A stretch of DNA of 63,328 nt, the filler included, from Sphacelaria rigidula (taxonomy: Eukaryota): NCBI GenBank assembly GCA_964200075.2. It is 9 parts of 9 records of this genome, joined end to end, with 100 filler letters (N's around TTAATTAATTAA, not from the genome) between each part and the next. Parts side by side here need not be neighbours in the genome. Positions count along the whole stretch, not along the records: positions 1 to 6,949 come from CAXNAA020017256.1; positions 7,050 to 13,998 come from CAXNAA020017257.1; 7 more parts are not named here. One strand, 5' to 3'. Position 1 is the first letter of the stretch; each line of letters opens with the position of its first letter. The notes under the pieces were generated by a model. It had not been told where the DNA came from. It searched no databases and saw only the letters and a program-made list of their open reading frames with translations. Positions 1 through 12,690 of this stretch are shown one piece after another. The translations under genes were made by a program, and so were the position numbers.

Positions 1-299
1 AAATTTGCGGAATCTATGGCGAAGAACCATGTGTATTGACATGAACTTTTCATTGTCCATTTCCATGCACGATCTGTATCGGTGGCATGAACCAAAATTT
101 ATCGTTACCGGCAAGTGCCCATCTGTGTAATATTTCACACATCATTGCCAGTAAAGATATATATCGATGAAAACATCACCCAGTACATTGCTTCCAGCAA
201 TGGATATGGACAAATATATGTTGCAGTCATTGTTCTCCACAATGGATATCAATATGATCATCACCGTAGCTATTGGTGCAGCAATAGACCATTACCATG

Positions 300-2520
300 T
301 CTATTGTCCAGGGTGTGGACCCTTACTTCCACCAGGCTCCTCATCGTTGGGTAGTGAAGGGTGTATCAAATGCTTTGACCCCCCCGTCGGCGTAAGACAT
401 GGCGTTTGGAGGAAGATGGCGTTCTTGCTCTCCATGATTAGCCGGGTGAACGGGATGTAGACGCGATAGCACTTGCTGGTTTTCCCATACCTAAACAATC
501 ATCCCCCGACTACCTTGGGAGATAGTTTCTTAGTACCCCAATCGATATGGACGTACACCTTGGCCCCAATAACTCGAAGAAGTTGTCGATCTGGCTTTAA
601 GAAGGTTTTCGTGAGGTTGAGAGTTGGGTGCGGATTGAGAGTGGCTTTGATCCTCCATTTTAACTTGGCCAACTTTTCATTCCGTGTGTGTGTTTTCTTT
701 GTCCCATCACTGCCATGTGCTTACAGTTACACATTGACATCCTACTCAAGGGTATCGAGGGCCTCAGTGGCAAGCTCCTAGAGAGAGAATATTGGGCCTG
801 GTGGAGGTGCATTTCGGAACTGAAACGGCTTTATTCACTAATTGACCGGTTTTCACTCGTAATCGTACCTTTACTGTCAATTTCACGAAAACGTTGTTTT
901 TTCTCCCCTGCAGCATCTAGTGCGGATATTAAATTCTTCACGCAGAGTGCGATGATCTGTTTACAAGGCAGTATGTCCTGAGCTTGATTCCTCCCAGGGA
1001 AAGACTGGTAAGCCGCTGTCGGCGAGTTGATGACTTCTTCCAAATACACGAACGTTACGATTCGGAACGGGTTCACTGAATTCCATCCCGTTGTCATCAA
1101 CACCCTTCCGGAGATTCAAGCTTTTGCGATTTAGATGTCCCATTCGCCGAAACCATAGTACACCAGTAGCTTGCGTTGCTGGCATTGCCAGTCTAGGCGC
1201 GCCGCTACCGCTGGTGAGTTCAAATGAGCAGGAGTAGAGCTCACTCTCCGGCTGCTGTAGCGAGACGGTATTTTTTTTTGTCTCCCATTGTGGATTGTCC
1301 CTATCGTAAGTGAAAGCTCCATTTTGCGTCTCTTGTTTGACGGAGAACGGGTTCCGTACCAACCCAGGTACGACCAAATACGAAATCTTAGCCAGGCGTT
1401 TGACCCCTTCATCGTCTTCGATTTGTCCGCGGAGCAGTCCCTTACTAACCCCTGCCAGTTAGTGCCCCTTGCGGTGGTGATTCCACGCGAGATCGCCAGT
1501 TTCTGGTAGTTGTAGACTTTATATCGTAGCCCTGGGATGAGGGTATCGTCAAAGTAATGTCCCGACGCCCCACCGTCAACCATGACACTGATAGAGCTGA
1601 CAGAGCTGTTGCTGCCGTCCTTCCACTTGTCGAGAGCGATTCCCGCTGCGAGAGCCGACCCATCATCAGCATCAGTGATACCGCCAAATGTTCCGACGTT
1701 GTCGTCAAGGTTCGACGTGGCTGAGTGGTATAATGAGTTCCCAAACATCAACCAGACGTAGTGAACCACAGATATTATGACCAACGCGCGGACTAGAGGG
1801 CAAAGTGCTTCCTTGATTCCCTGCAATATATCGTGAGCTCTGCGCCGACTCCAGAACTCCAGACCCCCAGCCTCGTCGACCCCATCGGCCCCTTCGAAGG
1901 CGCCGAAACGTCTGCTGCTGTCGAAGGAAGCAACGGGTTTGTTCGTTGGAGCGAGCGTCCAAAGGCTGTCCGCTTCCGGGGGATTTTGTGTTCTGGACGC
2001 TTTAAAGCATTGAAGGAGATGGCCGGAGGCTGCCGGCGACTGGTGGGTAACCTGACTACTGCGCAAGATTTGCTGCCTGCTGGTTGCGCCGTTGCAAGAA
2101 ACGGCACTCTTCGTCACTGTGGGTTGCTGTCATGTGGAAGGAGCACCACTTGCCTTTTGTCCCCTTTTCCTTGTCCCCCCTGTCAGTGCTCGGGCCGCGT
2201 TTCGAGCGGGGCACTTTCTTTTCACGTGGCTTCGCTTTCTGCAGCGAAAGCGTGTTATGTGACTTTTCTTGCTACCCCCGCTTTCACTGGCCTGCATGGC
2301 GACCCGGCGGCCTGCGACCTAATTGATGGCGTCTGAGCGTGAGAGATGGTCGTTACACATGATGCTGACCATGTACCGGAGATCCGCCACAATAAAATCG
2401 CGCCTCTCGCAGCTAACGATACGAACCCTTTCATACCCTGCGGGCAGTAATCGATTATACTTACGCTCCAGGATCTACCTGGATACGAAGGAAATAGATA
2501 TGGGGATTGGATCATGACGT
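300..2520 (-). mobile_element. Decayed Ty1/copia LTR retrotransposon (gag, protease, GAG-pre-integrase, integrase C-terminus)
   Basis: Minus strand, in order: gag-like LLPAGYERVRIVSCERRDF, degenerate zinc knuckle near 2210-2265, WCSFHMTATHSDEEC, protease VDGGASGHYF, pre-integrase LWFRRMGHLN, LADSGLP, then LRVIGAKVYVHI...YGKTSKCYRVYIP...ESKNAIF. Protease-integrase order fits copia; frameshifts and stops present. Confidence 0.9.
602..895. mobile_element. ~290-bp MITE inserted in the copia integrase; family also at ~36855-38378 and ~54007-54825
   Basis: Imperfect terminal inverted repeats AAGGTTTTCGTGAGGTTGAGAGT / ACTGTCAATTTCACGAAAACGTT; body aligns by eye to copies in two other contigs. Confidence 0.8.
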
Positions 2521-3085
2521 GCAGGGGAAATACGAATAAGAGATCATTCTGTTATTTAAGGTATACCCCATGTAGTGGTTGTAGTGCGTATCTGCTGGGG
2601 CGGCACACGCCTTTCCGCGTGCCGAAAATCTAGGATTATGACATGTCATTTTGTATGAGCGTTTTCCCCAGGAATTAGTACCCCACTTCATTCGGTGGTG
2701 TTGTGTGTCAGTTCTGATTCAGCAGTGTTTTCAGCCGCTGTGTGTTATGTGTGTGAGAGTGGGCAAAAATGGTAAATTAATTACATGAACGATACTTGGT
2801 CTCAACTGGCCACGGTAGACCCACAACTTCCCCGGCAACGCACCCGGTGCATGAGGCTTTCTATTATGCTAGCATTTAAACCTGGGTCAAGGCTCATGTA
2901 CCGACTGGTAGGGATTTACACGTAGTAGGCTTAGATCAGGCTACGCAGCCGCAGAAGGGGAGTTAAGACGGGTTTTACAACGAGGCATCGAAACTCGCAT
3001 ACACCGCAGACAACAAGAAGGACAACATGATCAGGACAACATCATCAACAGCATCACAGCGCCACAAGAGCTAAATGGGGCAGAA

Positions 3086-3338
3086 AGGTACCCAAGACCG
3101 GCAGCGGAAACACCCCCCGGCACGCGCGTCACCACCTCTAGCATCCAAACACCAGTAAGCAGCTGTATCAGGGACAACAAAATCAGAGCTTCTCAGCTCA
3201 TGTCCCAGAAGGCATGTATTCATCTTTATTTTGTATATTTGAGCTAACCGGAGCAGCAGTAAGAGGTACCCAAGAGCGGCAGCGGTAGTATCCCTCGGCA
3301 CGCGCGTCACCCACTCTAGCATCCGAACGCCAATGAAC
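3086..3338. repeat. Diverged ~75-bp direct repeat, two copies
   Basis: AGGTACCCAAGA(C/G)CGGCAGCGG...CGGCACGCGCGTCACC...CTCTAGCATCC at ~3086 and ~3263. Confidence 0.75.
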
Positions 3339-4731
3339 AAGCCACTTCCGGGACGTCAACGTCATCAGCTGTCCAAGCTCCTACTTCAACACGAGCGGCA
3401 GTGCTCAAGAAGGCACGTTTTCCCTTTTAATTTTTCCTTCGATTTAACATCGAATTTTTTATAGAACCACCAGGATTGAAGAGTAGGATGACTTCAAGAA
3501 TGTTTTGTTATCGATAGGTCGTCATTCTATTCTAGTTTGCGAGTTGGTTTGTGTATTTTATTGCTTTGTAGAGTGTGATATGTCCTCGCTTCTATTGAAG
3601 TGGGGTGTTATACAACGCCGTACTAAGTGGAGATGAAGATTCATTGCGCAGGCTTACAGTTAGATTGTCTTTTGTCGGCAATATTTTGCCCTTCCCTTTT
3701 ATCCCCCTTTTATCTCCTGTTCGTTGGATCACTGTTATGCCCTGCCCATCTATGCAGTATCTTTCATACATGTATACCCCGAGGGTATGGATGTGATTTC
3801 ATATTTCGTCGTGTAGGCGTGTTATATTCCGTCATCTACCGTCATTGCGTAGTTGACATGTCGGCCGGTTGATGTTTCGTGTTGGTTTGCTTTTCCATTC
3901 AGCATCACGCCCTGATCGCTCTGTAATGAGACGGAGCGCAAGTGTGATTTTGGAGTGTTATATGTGTGCCCTACTTTGATTCTCATCTGTTTGAGACTTT
4001 GGTTTTTCCCTTCTCCACTGCAGAATGATATGATGCCCTTGACTATAGAAGGGGGTGTTACATTCCGTCATATACGGTAGTTGAACTTCCATTTTTGACT
4101 CGAGATGACTTCGACGAGAGATGTTGCGGTATACAGACATGTTGCCTTGTGTGCACAGCTACTTGTGTTCCAAACTGCATGGATTAAAAGTCGTGAATTC
4201 AACTGACCACGATGTACAGTACAGGAGGGCAAGATCACATTGGCTGGTGATATGAGATGCGACTGTTTTGTGTGTTGTCGGACATCGGACGCTGATCAAA
4301 CACGTTGAGCGCGCAGACTGAAAACAGAAACGGAATTGCGAAGTGTCACGAATGATATCACGTAGCATTTGTCATGCTCAACTATTTTCTGTATACTGTA
4401 CTCTAGGCTGATCACTGCTTGTAGACTGTACTGAATTACAGTCTGCTGTGTATCGGCGTATGGCGGTACATTTCTCATGTTGCGGGCAAATGCGGACCAA
4501 TGAATGATTTTTGTTTTTTTGGTTTCTGCAGATTGTTTGTTGAGCATGCTTACACTATTTGTAGAGCGTAACGGTATATGAGGGCGCACCAGCCGGAATC
4601 TGACAGGGGGAGGGTCAACACAGGATTTGTTTTTGTTCCCTGTTTTTCTTGGGTACCCCACCTCCTGGGATACTTGCGTGAATTTGTTTTAGTTGCGTTG
4701 CGAGGAAAGACGCATGGGTTTGTAGGGGGGG

Positions 4732-4796
4732 CGTACTCATTTGTTGCTTGCCTTAGTCGTTTGACCATTGACCACGCATCCCTTTCGAGACGGAGC
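4732..4796. mobile_element. 65-bp interspersed element in G-run targets (copies also at 14175-14239, 21156-21220, 27582-27646, 43289-43353; partial at 14113-14151)
   Basis: Core CGTACTCATTTGTTGCTTGCCTTAGTCGTTTGACCATTGACCACGCATCCCTTTCGAGACGGAGC with the same boundaries in five contigs; flanking direct repeats in three copies. Confidence 0.9.
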
Positions 4797-6696
4797 AGGG
4801 GGGGACATGGGGTTTGTAGGGGAGGAATTTCATCTTTGAAATGATGGATGTGCGGTGTATTCGAATACTTTTCGCATTTTTGCATTAAATACAACGGACG
4901 ACTTACCTCTGCGACTATTTTCTACCGCTACGCGTGACCTGCCCCCGATGATGCGAGCCAATCTTTATGGCGAGGCAACTGCTTTCGAACCCAGGCAGAT
5001 GTGCACACAAATGACGAAGCCCGGACCGCGACACCGCAAGAGCCAAACCGAAAACAGCGACCGCGGCCTGGGCGACGACAACACAACCGCTTGGGGGGCT
5101 TAGCAGGAGCCAGGACAGGAACCAGACACGCTTTGGCATTCAGGTTTTTATCATTTGATTTCTTTGGGAGTTTGCATTTGATTCGGAATGTTTTCGTCTC
5201 GTTGTTCGCAGTAACGTCACATGTCAACCATGTGTACCGTCCCGTGGTTGCATTTTGTTTGTTTGATTGTTCTAGTTTTTGTTCACTACGCCCTACGAAG
5301 TACTACCGTAGTTTGGTTATGATTTTTGACACTTGATCCTCCACATGATTGCGATGATTTTTTTTTTAACTATCGAGAAAGAAAATAATGGGGGGGGAAT
5401 CGACTATTTTCTTTCATGATTCTCTTTTCGGGTAGTTTAAAACGAAGAAAAGTCATGCGATGGGGTTGTCCACAGCGGAGTATTTTGGGAGAAAAATCAT
5501 ATGATGGGATGATCCACGGCGGAGTATTTTGGATAATTTGATTAATCGGTTATAGATTTCGAAAAGGGAATTTGATATTTTGCGATCCGCGCTAACGTCT
5601 TTGGCAAAGTGATTCACCGACTCTGGATTTTGGGTTGGACATTTTCAATTACGGAAAGAACATGGCGTGGATTCAACCTCGAGTGCACTTCCGAGAGTAG
5701 AACGGTTTTTAGTCTTGGGTGTCACTAAACGATTGACTATCCACCCGCCGTTCAACATGCGGGACTGACTATGCACCAGGATAACTCACGATAATTGACT
5801 CTGGGGTCATCGATCTTATGTTTTCATGTACTACCTGAAAGCAATACCCCCTGCAAAATAATATGTAATATTGAATCGGGGGGGTCGTTTTATTACGGAG
5901 TAATTTATATCAAATTCTATCCAGTGTGGCGTTTATTCAAGGAATAATATCCGTCCTGATATTTGGGTGAGTGTACTGTTCATGCAGAGTAACTTCTTAT
6001 TTATCGGACGTCTTTGCATGCACTTGAACTTTGGTGTACAGGGATTGATTTTTGTGACAGAGACAATATTCTTAGAGTGGGACGATGAGTTTGACGATTT
6101 GGGGAATTTATCGGGCCGGATGACGAGCAAAATTTACATCAACGATCAGTAATTCGAAATTAAGTGCACTGATCAATCGCTAGTTTTGGTTACAACATTT
6201 TTAATGCTTACAAAGTTTGGTTTTTATGTTCCGAGTTTCTCCCTGATAGGATATAAGCAGTACAAGTCGTTGTGAAATGCACGAGTGTACTGGTACATCA
6301 ATTTTCTCTGGGTATTTTAGGGTCTATGAAGTGAATGAGGTTCGAAGGAGATTTTTTCGTGTTCTGACATTAAAAGGATCCAAGCTTGCAAGTTTCACTG
6401 ATGTGGGTTCTATCAACTATTCTAGGCAGTTGATAGATGGTCTACATCAGGGAGGCTAATGTTGTTTTTCTAGGATACAGAGTGGTACAAACACGAGCAG
6501 ATTGTGTTCTTATTATCTTGGGACAGATGGGAAACCTATATATATATATATATTTAGTATTCAAGTATACCCCTAGTTTGAGCGATTTGAACTCGAATTG
6601 ATTCGATTTGAATTTGAATTTTGTTCTCGAACTCGAGGGAAAGTAGTACACACACCACTACTGCAAGTTTTCATTTTGCAGTGTTTATTTTGCATA

Positions 6697-6949
6697 CGAG
6701 CTGGGCCAGCCTAGAGGCTGCATGAAAGCTTGCAGGCAGATGCGCCGGCCAATATTTGGAGTTAGACCTTGAAATTTGGTATGGATAATGCATGGGGCAT
6801 AATAAAAAATCGTAAAGAAGCACATTGAGGGGTTTTTTTTTCGTGAGATAAGGGCGTTTTGCTGAAACCTGAAAACTGACTATTGCCCTTAACTCACGGA
6901 AAAAAGAAAAAACTCAATGTGCTTCTTCACGATTTTTTATTATGCCCCA
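6697..6949. mobile_element. Left end of TA-targeting TIR element (same family as 37134-38348), cut by contig end
   Basis: TA followed by CGAGCTGGGCCAGCCTAGAGGCTGCATGAAAG, matching the 37134 copy; shared internal inverted repeat. Confidence 0.85.
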
Positions 6950-7049
6950 NNNNNNNNNNNNNNNNNNNNNNNNNNNNNNNNNNNNNNNNNNNNTTAATTA
7001 ATTAANNNNNNNNNNNNNNNNNNNNNNNNNNNNNNNNNNNNNNNNNNNN
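6950..7049. other. Artificial contig linker N44-TTAATTAATTAA-N44 (also at 13999-14098, 21047-21146, 28095-28194, 35143-35242, 42190-42289, 49237-49336, 56283-56382)
   Basis: Eight identical 100-nt spacers with stops in all six frames; the intervening contigs fall monotonically from 6949 to 6946 bp. Confidence 0.98.
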
Positions 7050-8539
7050 CGATACAAGCAAACAGAAATAAAGAAGAAAGAAGAAAGGGAGTACATACTG
7101 CTAACCTCAGAAGATCCGGTCTCATGGCGATGTTTTCTGTGTTTTTATGCCGCTGTGCGTTAGGGTCCATCTAAACGGGCTAATATAAATTTAAAAAAAC
7201 AGCGAGGAGCAACGCAAGCGTCCAAATGCACTATATTTGATTGGTCGCCGCGACATCACGCGGCGGGATGACCAATCAATATGTTGCTTTTGGGCACTTG
7301 CTTCAACTCTTCGTTGATGTTTTTCATCACGGTAAGACACGGCCTTGGCCAACGTCCTCACAGTCCACAGCTTCCCACACACAGCGACGACTGGCGCCGG
7401 CTCTTTCACATAACGTACCGACGCTGACTGGGGCAGCACACCGAGTTTTGGGGAACGGGGTGGACCGTGGTGATCATACCGCTACGGGTGGTGACGAAGG
7501 TCAAGTTCAAGTTTTCACAGTTTTTGCTACACGACCCGAGGGGGGCACAAGCGATGTGATAATTTGACCCCGTCACGAACTCCAGCAGCACAACGGTCAC
7601 GATTCACGCCATGCCCCAAGATAGGATGTGCTGCTACAGTTGATTGTGTCGGTACGTCACGCAAGATTGCTGACGCCAACCGTCACTTTGTGTGTCGATT
7701 GCGGAGTTATGAGGATGTCAGTCATGGCCCCGCGACGATAAACAACATAACATCGGCACATGACGCCGATCGGAACCAAACCCAATCGGGACAACAACTC
7801 TTATCAAATGATCCAATCGAGCACAAATCTCCGCATCTCTGTAACAAGCAGTTACCTAGTACAGTAGTCGCTTTGCTTGTAGGCACTACTTGTTATACAA
7901 ATCAGTCGTCGACATGGAGAGATCATGACTATATTGTGGCACTGCATATCAACTGCATATCGCATGGTCCAGGCCCATGTCGGTGTCAGAAACCAACTCA
8001 ACCGGTTTCAGTTTTGGCGGAACGTTCCTTGCGACAGCCGTTACGCGGAAATCATGCACCGAAACGGTCAGGGTCACAGAATAAGAGTGGCGGAGTTGGG
8101 CGCGGGTGCTGCTTCACAGAAACAGAGTAGCAATGGAAATCACGTGGATAGTGTTTGGTTTGACGACTGCGTGTGTCCCACTCTCCGTTTGGTGTTCCGT
8201 TTATCGCACGCAAGTATCGGGAGGTGTTGCGTGCTTCGACACGAGGAACAGCGAACAGTGACGGAAAATAGCCGATCGCTGAGGGAAAACTGAAACGGAT
8301 ACAGACAGCATTGGACATTGAACATGTTTGTGCCGGAGGTACGACTGGTGTCAGTGCCGGCTTTACCGACAGTAATAACGGTGAATGCATATAGGAGATA
8401 TGCACACATATCGTGCCCGCACTGTTCCAAGCATGACCTGCAGCACGTCCCTCTCTACTCTGTTCTACTAGCACAGGTTACAACAAACCCTATGGAACAG
8501 CAGAGATACACAAAAATATTACGACGGATTGGGAGGTAC

Positions 8540-8711
8540 TTAATTCAACTTCGTAACGTTCCACCCGAAGTCTCCCCGAGCCCTGCGTCGTGCAATCAAC
8601 AAACTGGAGAGAAAGCGCATGCCCAACACTCACGGGAGAAGGCGAGCAGAAGCCAGGTGGCCGCGGGCTCCGACCGCCGCTGTCTCTTCTCTTGCTTCCA
8701 GCGCAACCCAT
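8540..8711 (-). CDS. Candidate first exon of a divergently transcribed gene with N-terminal acylation motif (MGCAGSK)
   Basis: ATG at 8711 gives MGCxxS, a myristoylation/palmitoylation consensus; possible GT donor at 8539; 385 bp from the plus-strand gene start. Downstream exons not established. Confidence 0.35.
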
Positions 8712-9095
8712 ACACGTACTTTGCAGCCTAAAGATCAACAAGGGTGGTTTAATTGGACTGTTCCTGTACTATACATATGCCATCACCACCAGAGTATGCG
8801 CATTTCAGAACATTTTCGAAACGAAGCGCGGTGGAGGCGTTTTGTAACGTACCTCCCTCGTGTTTTCAGAACTAGCTGCCCGCATAGGCGATCCAAACTT
8901 GAATCTTTCCCTTCGCCGCGTTACCGCGCTGTGGATGAACATACAGTAACTACACGACACCATTCCTCGATTACGGTGGATTTTTTTTGCCGGCCAAAAT
9001 GAAGCGTGGCAAAGCAGCAAGAGGAAGCGTCGTGTAGCGAAATATTTGTCGCGCAAAGGAGCTAAGACAAATCGAATCGTCTCATCGATGCCGGG

Positions 9096-11644
9096 ATGGA
9101 CCAGGCGTCTGATGCCGGAATGACCGGGGCAAGCTCCACCAAAGAAGTACACGATGCTGCAACCGTCAACAAGGGGGGCATCAACAGCAGCAACAGCAGT
9201 AGCAACAAAAGTAACGATCACAAAAACACCAAAAGTGGTGGCAAAACTTACAGCAATCAAAATGAGGAGGACGAGAGCGTCTATAACTCGGAGGACTTCG
9301 ACGACCACAGCACGTTGGACAGGGAGAGCGAAGACGACGGGGAGGTAGGTGGTGCAACAAACCAGCCGAGCGCTCCTTTCCGAACGCGTGTGGGAACCAT
9401 TTGCGGCTTTCCTGTCCATTTGTTGAGCTTAGATGGACTCCACTCTACGACGGCAATAAGCGATAACCGAGTAGGATAGGCGTTGACCGCAACTGTGTTC
9501 CCGACGATGCCATCTGGAGTACTTTACGGTCGTTGTCGATCGACCCGAAAGTCAATGCAGTCACGACGACACTTTCGAGTCCACGCTTCACCCATGGGAA
9601 TCATATATCCGGTATCGCTTCTGTCAGCTTCGTGGCTCTATCTAGATGCTCGTTCATGTCTACCCAGTACAGTGCTATCACCATAGAATGCCGACCCTCG
9701 CACCGGCCCTCACGATTCCCCGTACGACACATTACGAAACACAAGCTCGATTATGGCGACGATGATGACGACGGTATATATAGCCAGTACAGCGAGAGCG
9801 CAACAACCGAAAGAGGATCATCTGTGGAAATACATGCCGCAACGGGGGCAGCATCGCAGACAGCAACATCGGGGGTGGTTTCTCGCCCTGCAGAAGAAAT
9901 AGAAGCGGGGATGACAGCGAGCACGCCTGAACCTGAAGAAGCAGACGACGCGGGGGAGAAAATACAGCCGAGCATCTCGACATATGCCGACGACTTTGTC
10001 GACGATGACGATAGTGCAGCTGCTGCAGTTCCTCAACCGACGAAGCGGTTGGAAACCCCGAATGGCAGCGGGGACCATTTGTTTTCAACGGAAGACGCCT
10101 ACTCTGCATTAGCCTTCTCACGGCCTCAGGAGAGAGGGGATGGGGAGGCACCCCCGACAGGCAACCAACGTGAAATGGATGTACACGACGACGAGGTTAA
10201 TTTAACGGAAAATGGCACCGCGGCTGGAGTTCCGGTAGAGAAAACCAATATTAGCGAAGTGCGGCTTGCATCTTCGGGGGAGAATAGCAACCTGGGAGGT
10301 CGTGATGTTACTGACGTCGACCATATTTTTGGGAATGCTGGTAGAGGGCGAGACGCAAGTACAGCGGAGGTAGACATGTTGAGGAGTCAGGTGAACGCTG
10401 CTAGGTGAGTTGAGTGCCATAGGCGACCACTCTGCCCTTCTGCGTTGCCGGCCTCTGATGCTACCGAGTTTGAAAACATCCTTAGTAGTCGTTCGATCTG
10501 CCTTATCCTTACAGTAGTGCAGAAGAAGACCACTTACTTTGTAATTCGTCTCTTGAAATAATAACTGCCGAATGATGCCAGCCGCTTACCGCCTGGGCCT
10601 ACATGAACATAATTGCTAGGTAGCCTGCAAGCATTGTCTCATATTCTACTCGCGAGTTGTCTGTCGCGACCGCCCTTGCGATGCGGTCAATATATACGGC
10701 ACAAATATGTTCCTTTTTCACCTCCCACGTATCAAAGGGCCATGTTGCTGTCCTCCTTCGACGACGACGATAGTAAGAACGCCAACAATCCCGAGAAAAG
10801 CCTGCTGGAGCTGATCCTCTTAGCCGAAGCCCGTGGCTACGAACAAGCGGAAAGGGTACGTACGCACTAGTGCATTTTGGGTAGATGTTTGGCAATAGAT
10901 CTACCACGCTTTTTACTATGGCGTACGCTCGTTATGATATTAGACACAGCGTACGACGTGTATAATTTTGTCAAGCTAGGCTGAGACGCAAGGAAATCTT
11001 CACGTTGAGTGGATCTAGCCGGCGCCATGATTTACGGTTGGTTCCAACCTGATACGCAGAAATTAATGTCAGATTTTTAGTTTCGAGGCTAGTGTGGCTG
11101 AGGCGTAGATATATATAATTTGTGCATGGTTAGTGTTATTCTTCACGAAACTAAGACATACCCCAGAACATGCAAGTCTGCGTCTCACGCACCTATCCAT
11201 GGCCAACCACAACTAACCCAGACCAACGCGAGCAAGGGATTCACGGAAGTTACATCAAAACGGCGATCTTCAACCACGGCCAGAGTCGCTGCCGTCGGGG
11301 CAACCGCACCACTAACGAACACCGAAGTTGAGGTGGAGGCTCGAATTGCTTTGGAGCGGCGTGTTGAGTCTCTAGAGCGAGATCTAGCGCGAGCTGGACA
11401 AGAAAGCAGAGCGCAATCGGGGCGAGCATCTTCCTTGCAACGGAAACTCAATGCTGTTACCGCCGCCGGCCTCGTCGGCGACCGCGGGGAGGCGGGAGGG
11501 GTGAGCCGCGGAGTTCGACCAGGAGTAGATACAGACGATGTTTTGGCCCTAAAGGCGAAGGCAATCCAGCTGGTGGAGCGATTACGGCAGGAAAAGACAA
11601 CAAGGTTGGTAGCCGAACGGGAGACGCAGGGAGTCGCCACAAAG
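9096..11644 (+). CDS. Uncharacterised acidic/coiled-coil protein, 5' part; exons 9096-9344, 9746-10404, 10738-10855, 11222-11644
   Basis: GT/AG junctions are phase-consistent across all four exons; ACTAAC branch point before 11222; coiled-coil-like LERRVESLERDL and LKAKAIQLVERLRQEK. No stop reached in this contig. Confidence 0.75.
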
Positions 11645-12000
11645 GTGTGCCATGAGAAACATCGCAAATGTTACGAAATTTCCGCGCAAGGACGGCTGAT
11701 CACGGAGAAGCCAAGTTATTTGGGTGCTTCCGTTATTTGGACCCGCCTGTCGTGCTAGCATGATCGAAACTTCAGAGCTCTGATGGCTTACGTGGCAATA
11801 ATATCTTAAGATCGTAAGGAGTCCGGATGTCTTCAGTAGGACCATGCGATGCGTACCCTCTGGTGGTAGCCCTAGGCCGCCGGATTTCATTTCCACCGAG
11901 GTGATACATATATACAAGGTTCCCCCTCGGGAGATTAGTACGGGCCTTCGGGGGGGTGACGCAAGTCGAAAATGTATCGTCAAGAGAGTCTGTTGTATCT

Positions 12001-12420
12001 CAATGTACAGTAGTGATCGTGGCTGTACAACATCGCATGTGTTATTGGATGGTGGCTCTGGATAAGGCTCACCAGCTTGAGGAACACTGACATGAAGGTT
12101 GTACAACTGTTGGGCGGCAATAATTTCGACATGTGTGGCATATGCGTATGGATGCGACACGAAAGGTAATGTTGAACGCTATTGTACGTTTGGTCTGGGA
12201 CAACCAGCAGTTCGTATCTGTTCGAAATCAGTTCCATCCGAGATTGAAGCGTGCAGTATCGTTCTCCCAGGATCTAGAATTGGATCATGACGGTGTTCGG
12301 AAATGTGCTGGATAAGTTGCATTCTCACTCATGTGTGCGCATTTGGATCCATGAAAACTCGTCGGGCAATACATCTTAGCAAGCAAGCTTCGTCCCCGAT
12401 TTCATTGACTAATTCCCAAG
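12001..12420 (-). pseudogene. Decayed OTU-family cysteine protease (deubiquitinase-like) domain, intronless
   Basis: EIGDEACLLRCIARRVFMDPNAHT*VR (Cys box), YNSVQHYLS, YATHVEIIAAQQLYNLHV, LYSHDHYCTL (His box); stops and frameshifts. Confidence 0.75.
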
Positions 12421-12690
12421 TTCCTGGCGGATGCTGTTGGTCATCGTAATCATGGTTGCCGTCATTGTGGCCGCCACGGCCGCTATCACCGTCACCGCTG
12501 TTGGAGCCTGTGTCACCGCTATCTCCATCACCACCACCATTCTTGTCGCCTAAAGCAGTCTAGTTGTTACCATGACCGCCACGAGACAATGTAATATCAA
12601 AGACTGGAGGAGGTTGCGCTGTGGCAGCAACGATAAACCCGAATACACAGTGCTATGGACATGTGGGACACCGTCTAAAAGGCGATCCTC

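Noticed and set aside
5490-5531. RKII*WDD as a parvovirus-like SF3 helicase Walker B motif
   Set aside because: No Walker A or motif C at suitable spacing, and it lies in a local tandem duplication.
6994-7005. TTAATTAATTAA recurring with ~7-kb periodicity as a biological repeat
   Set aside because: Always centred in N44 blocks; it is an assembly linker.
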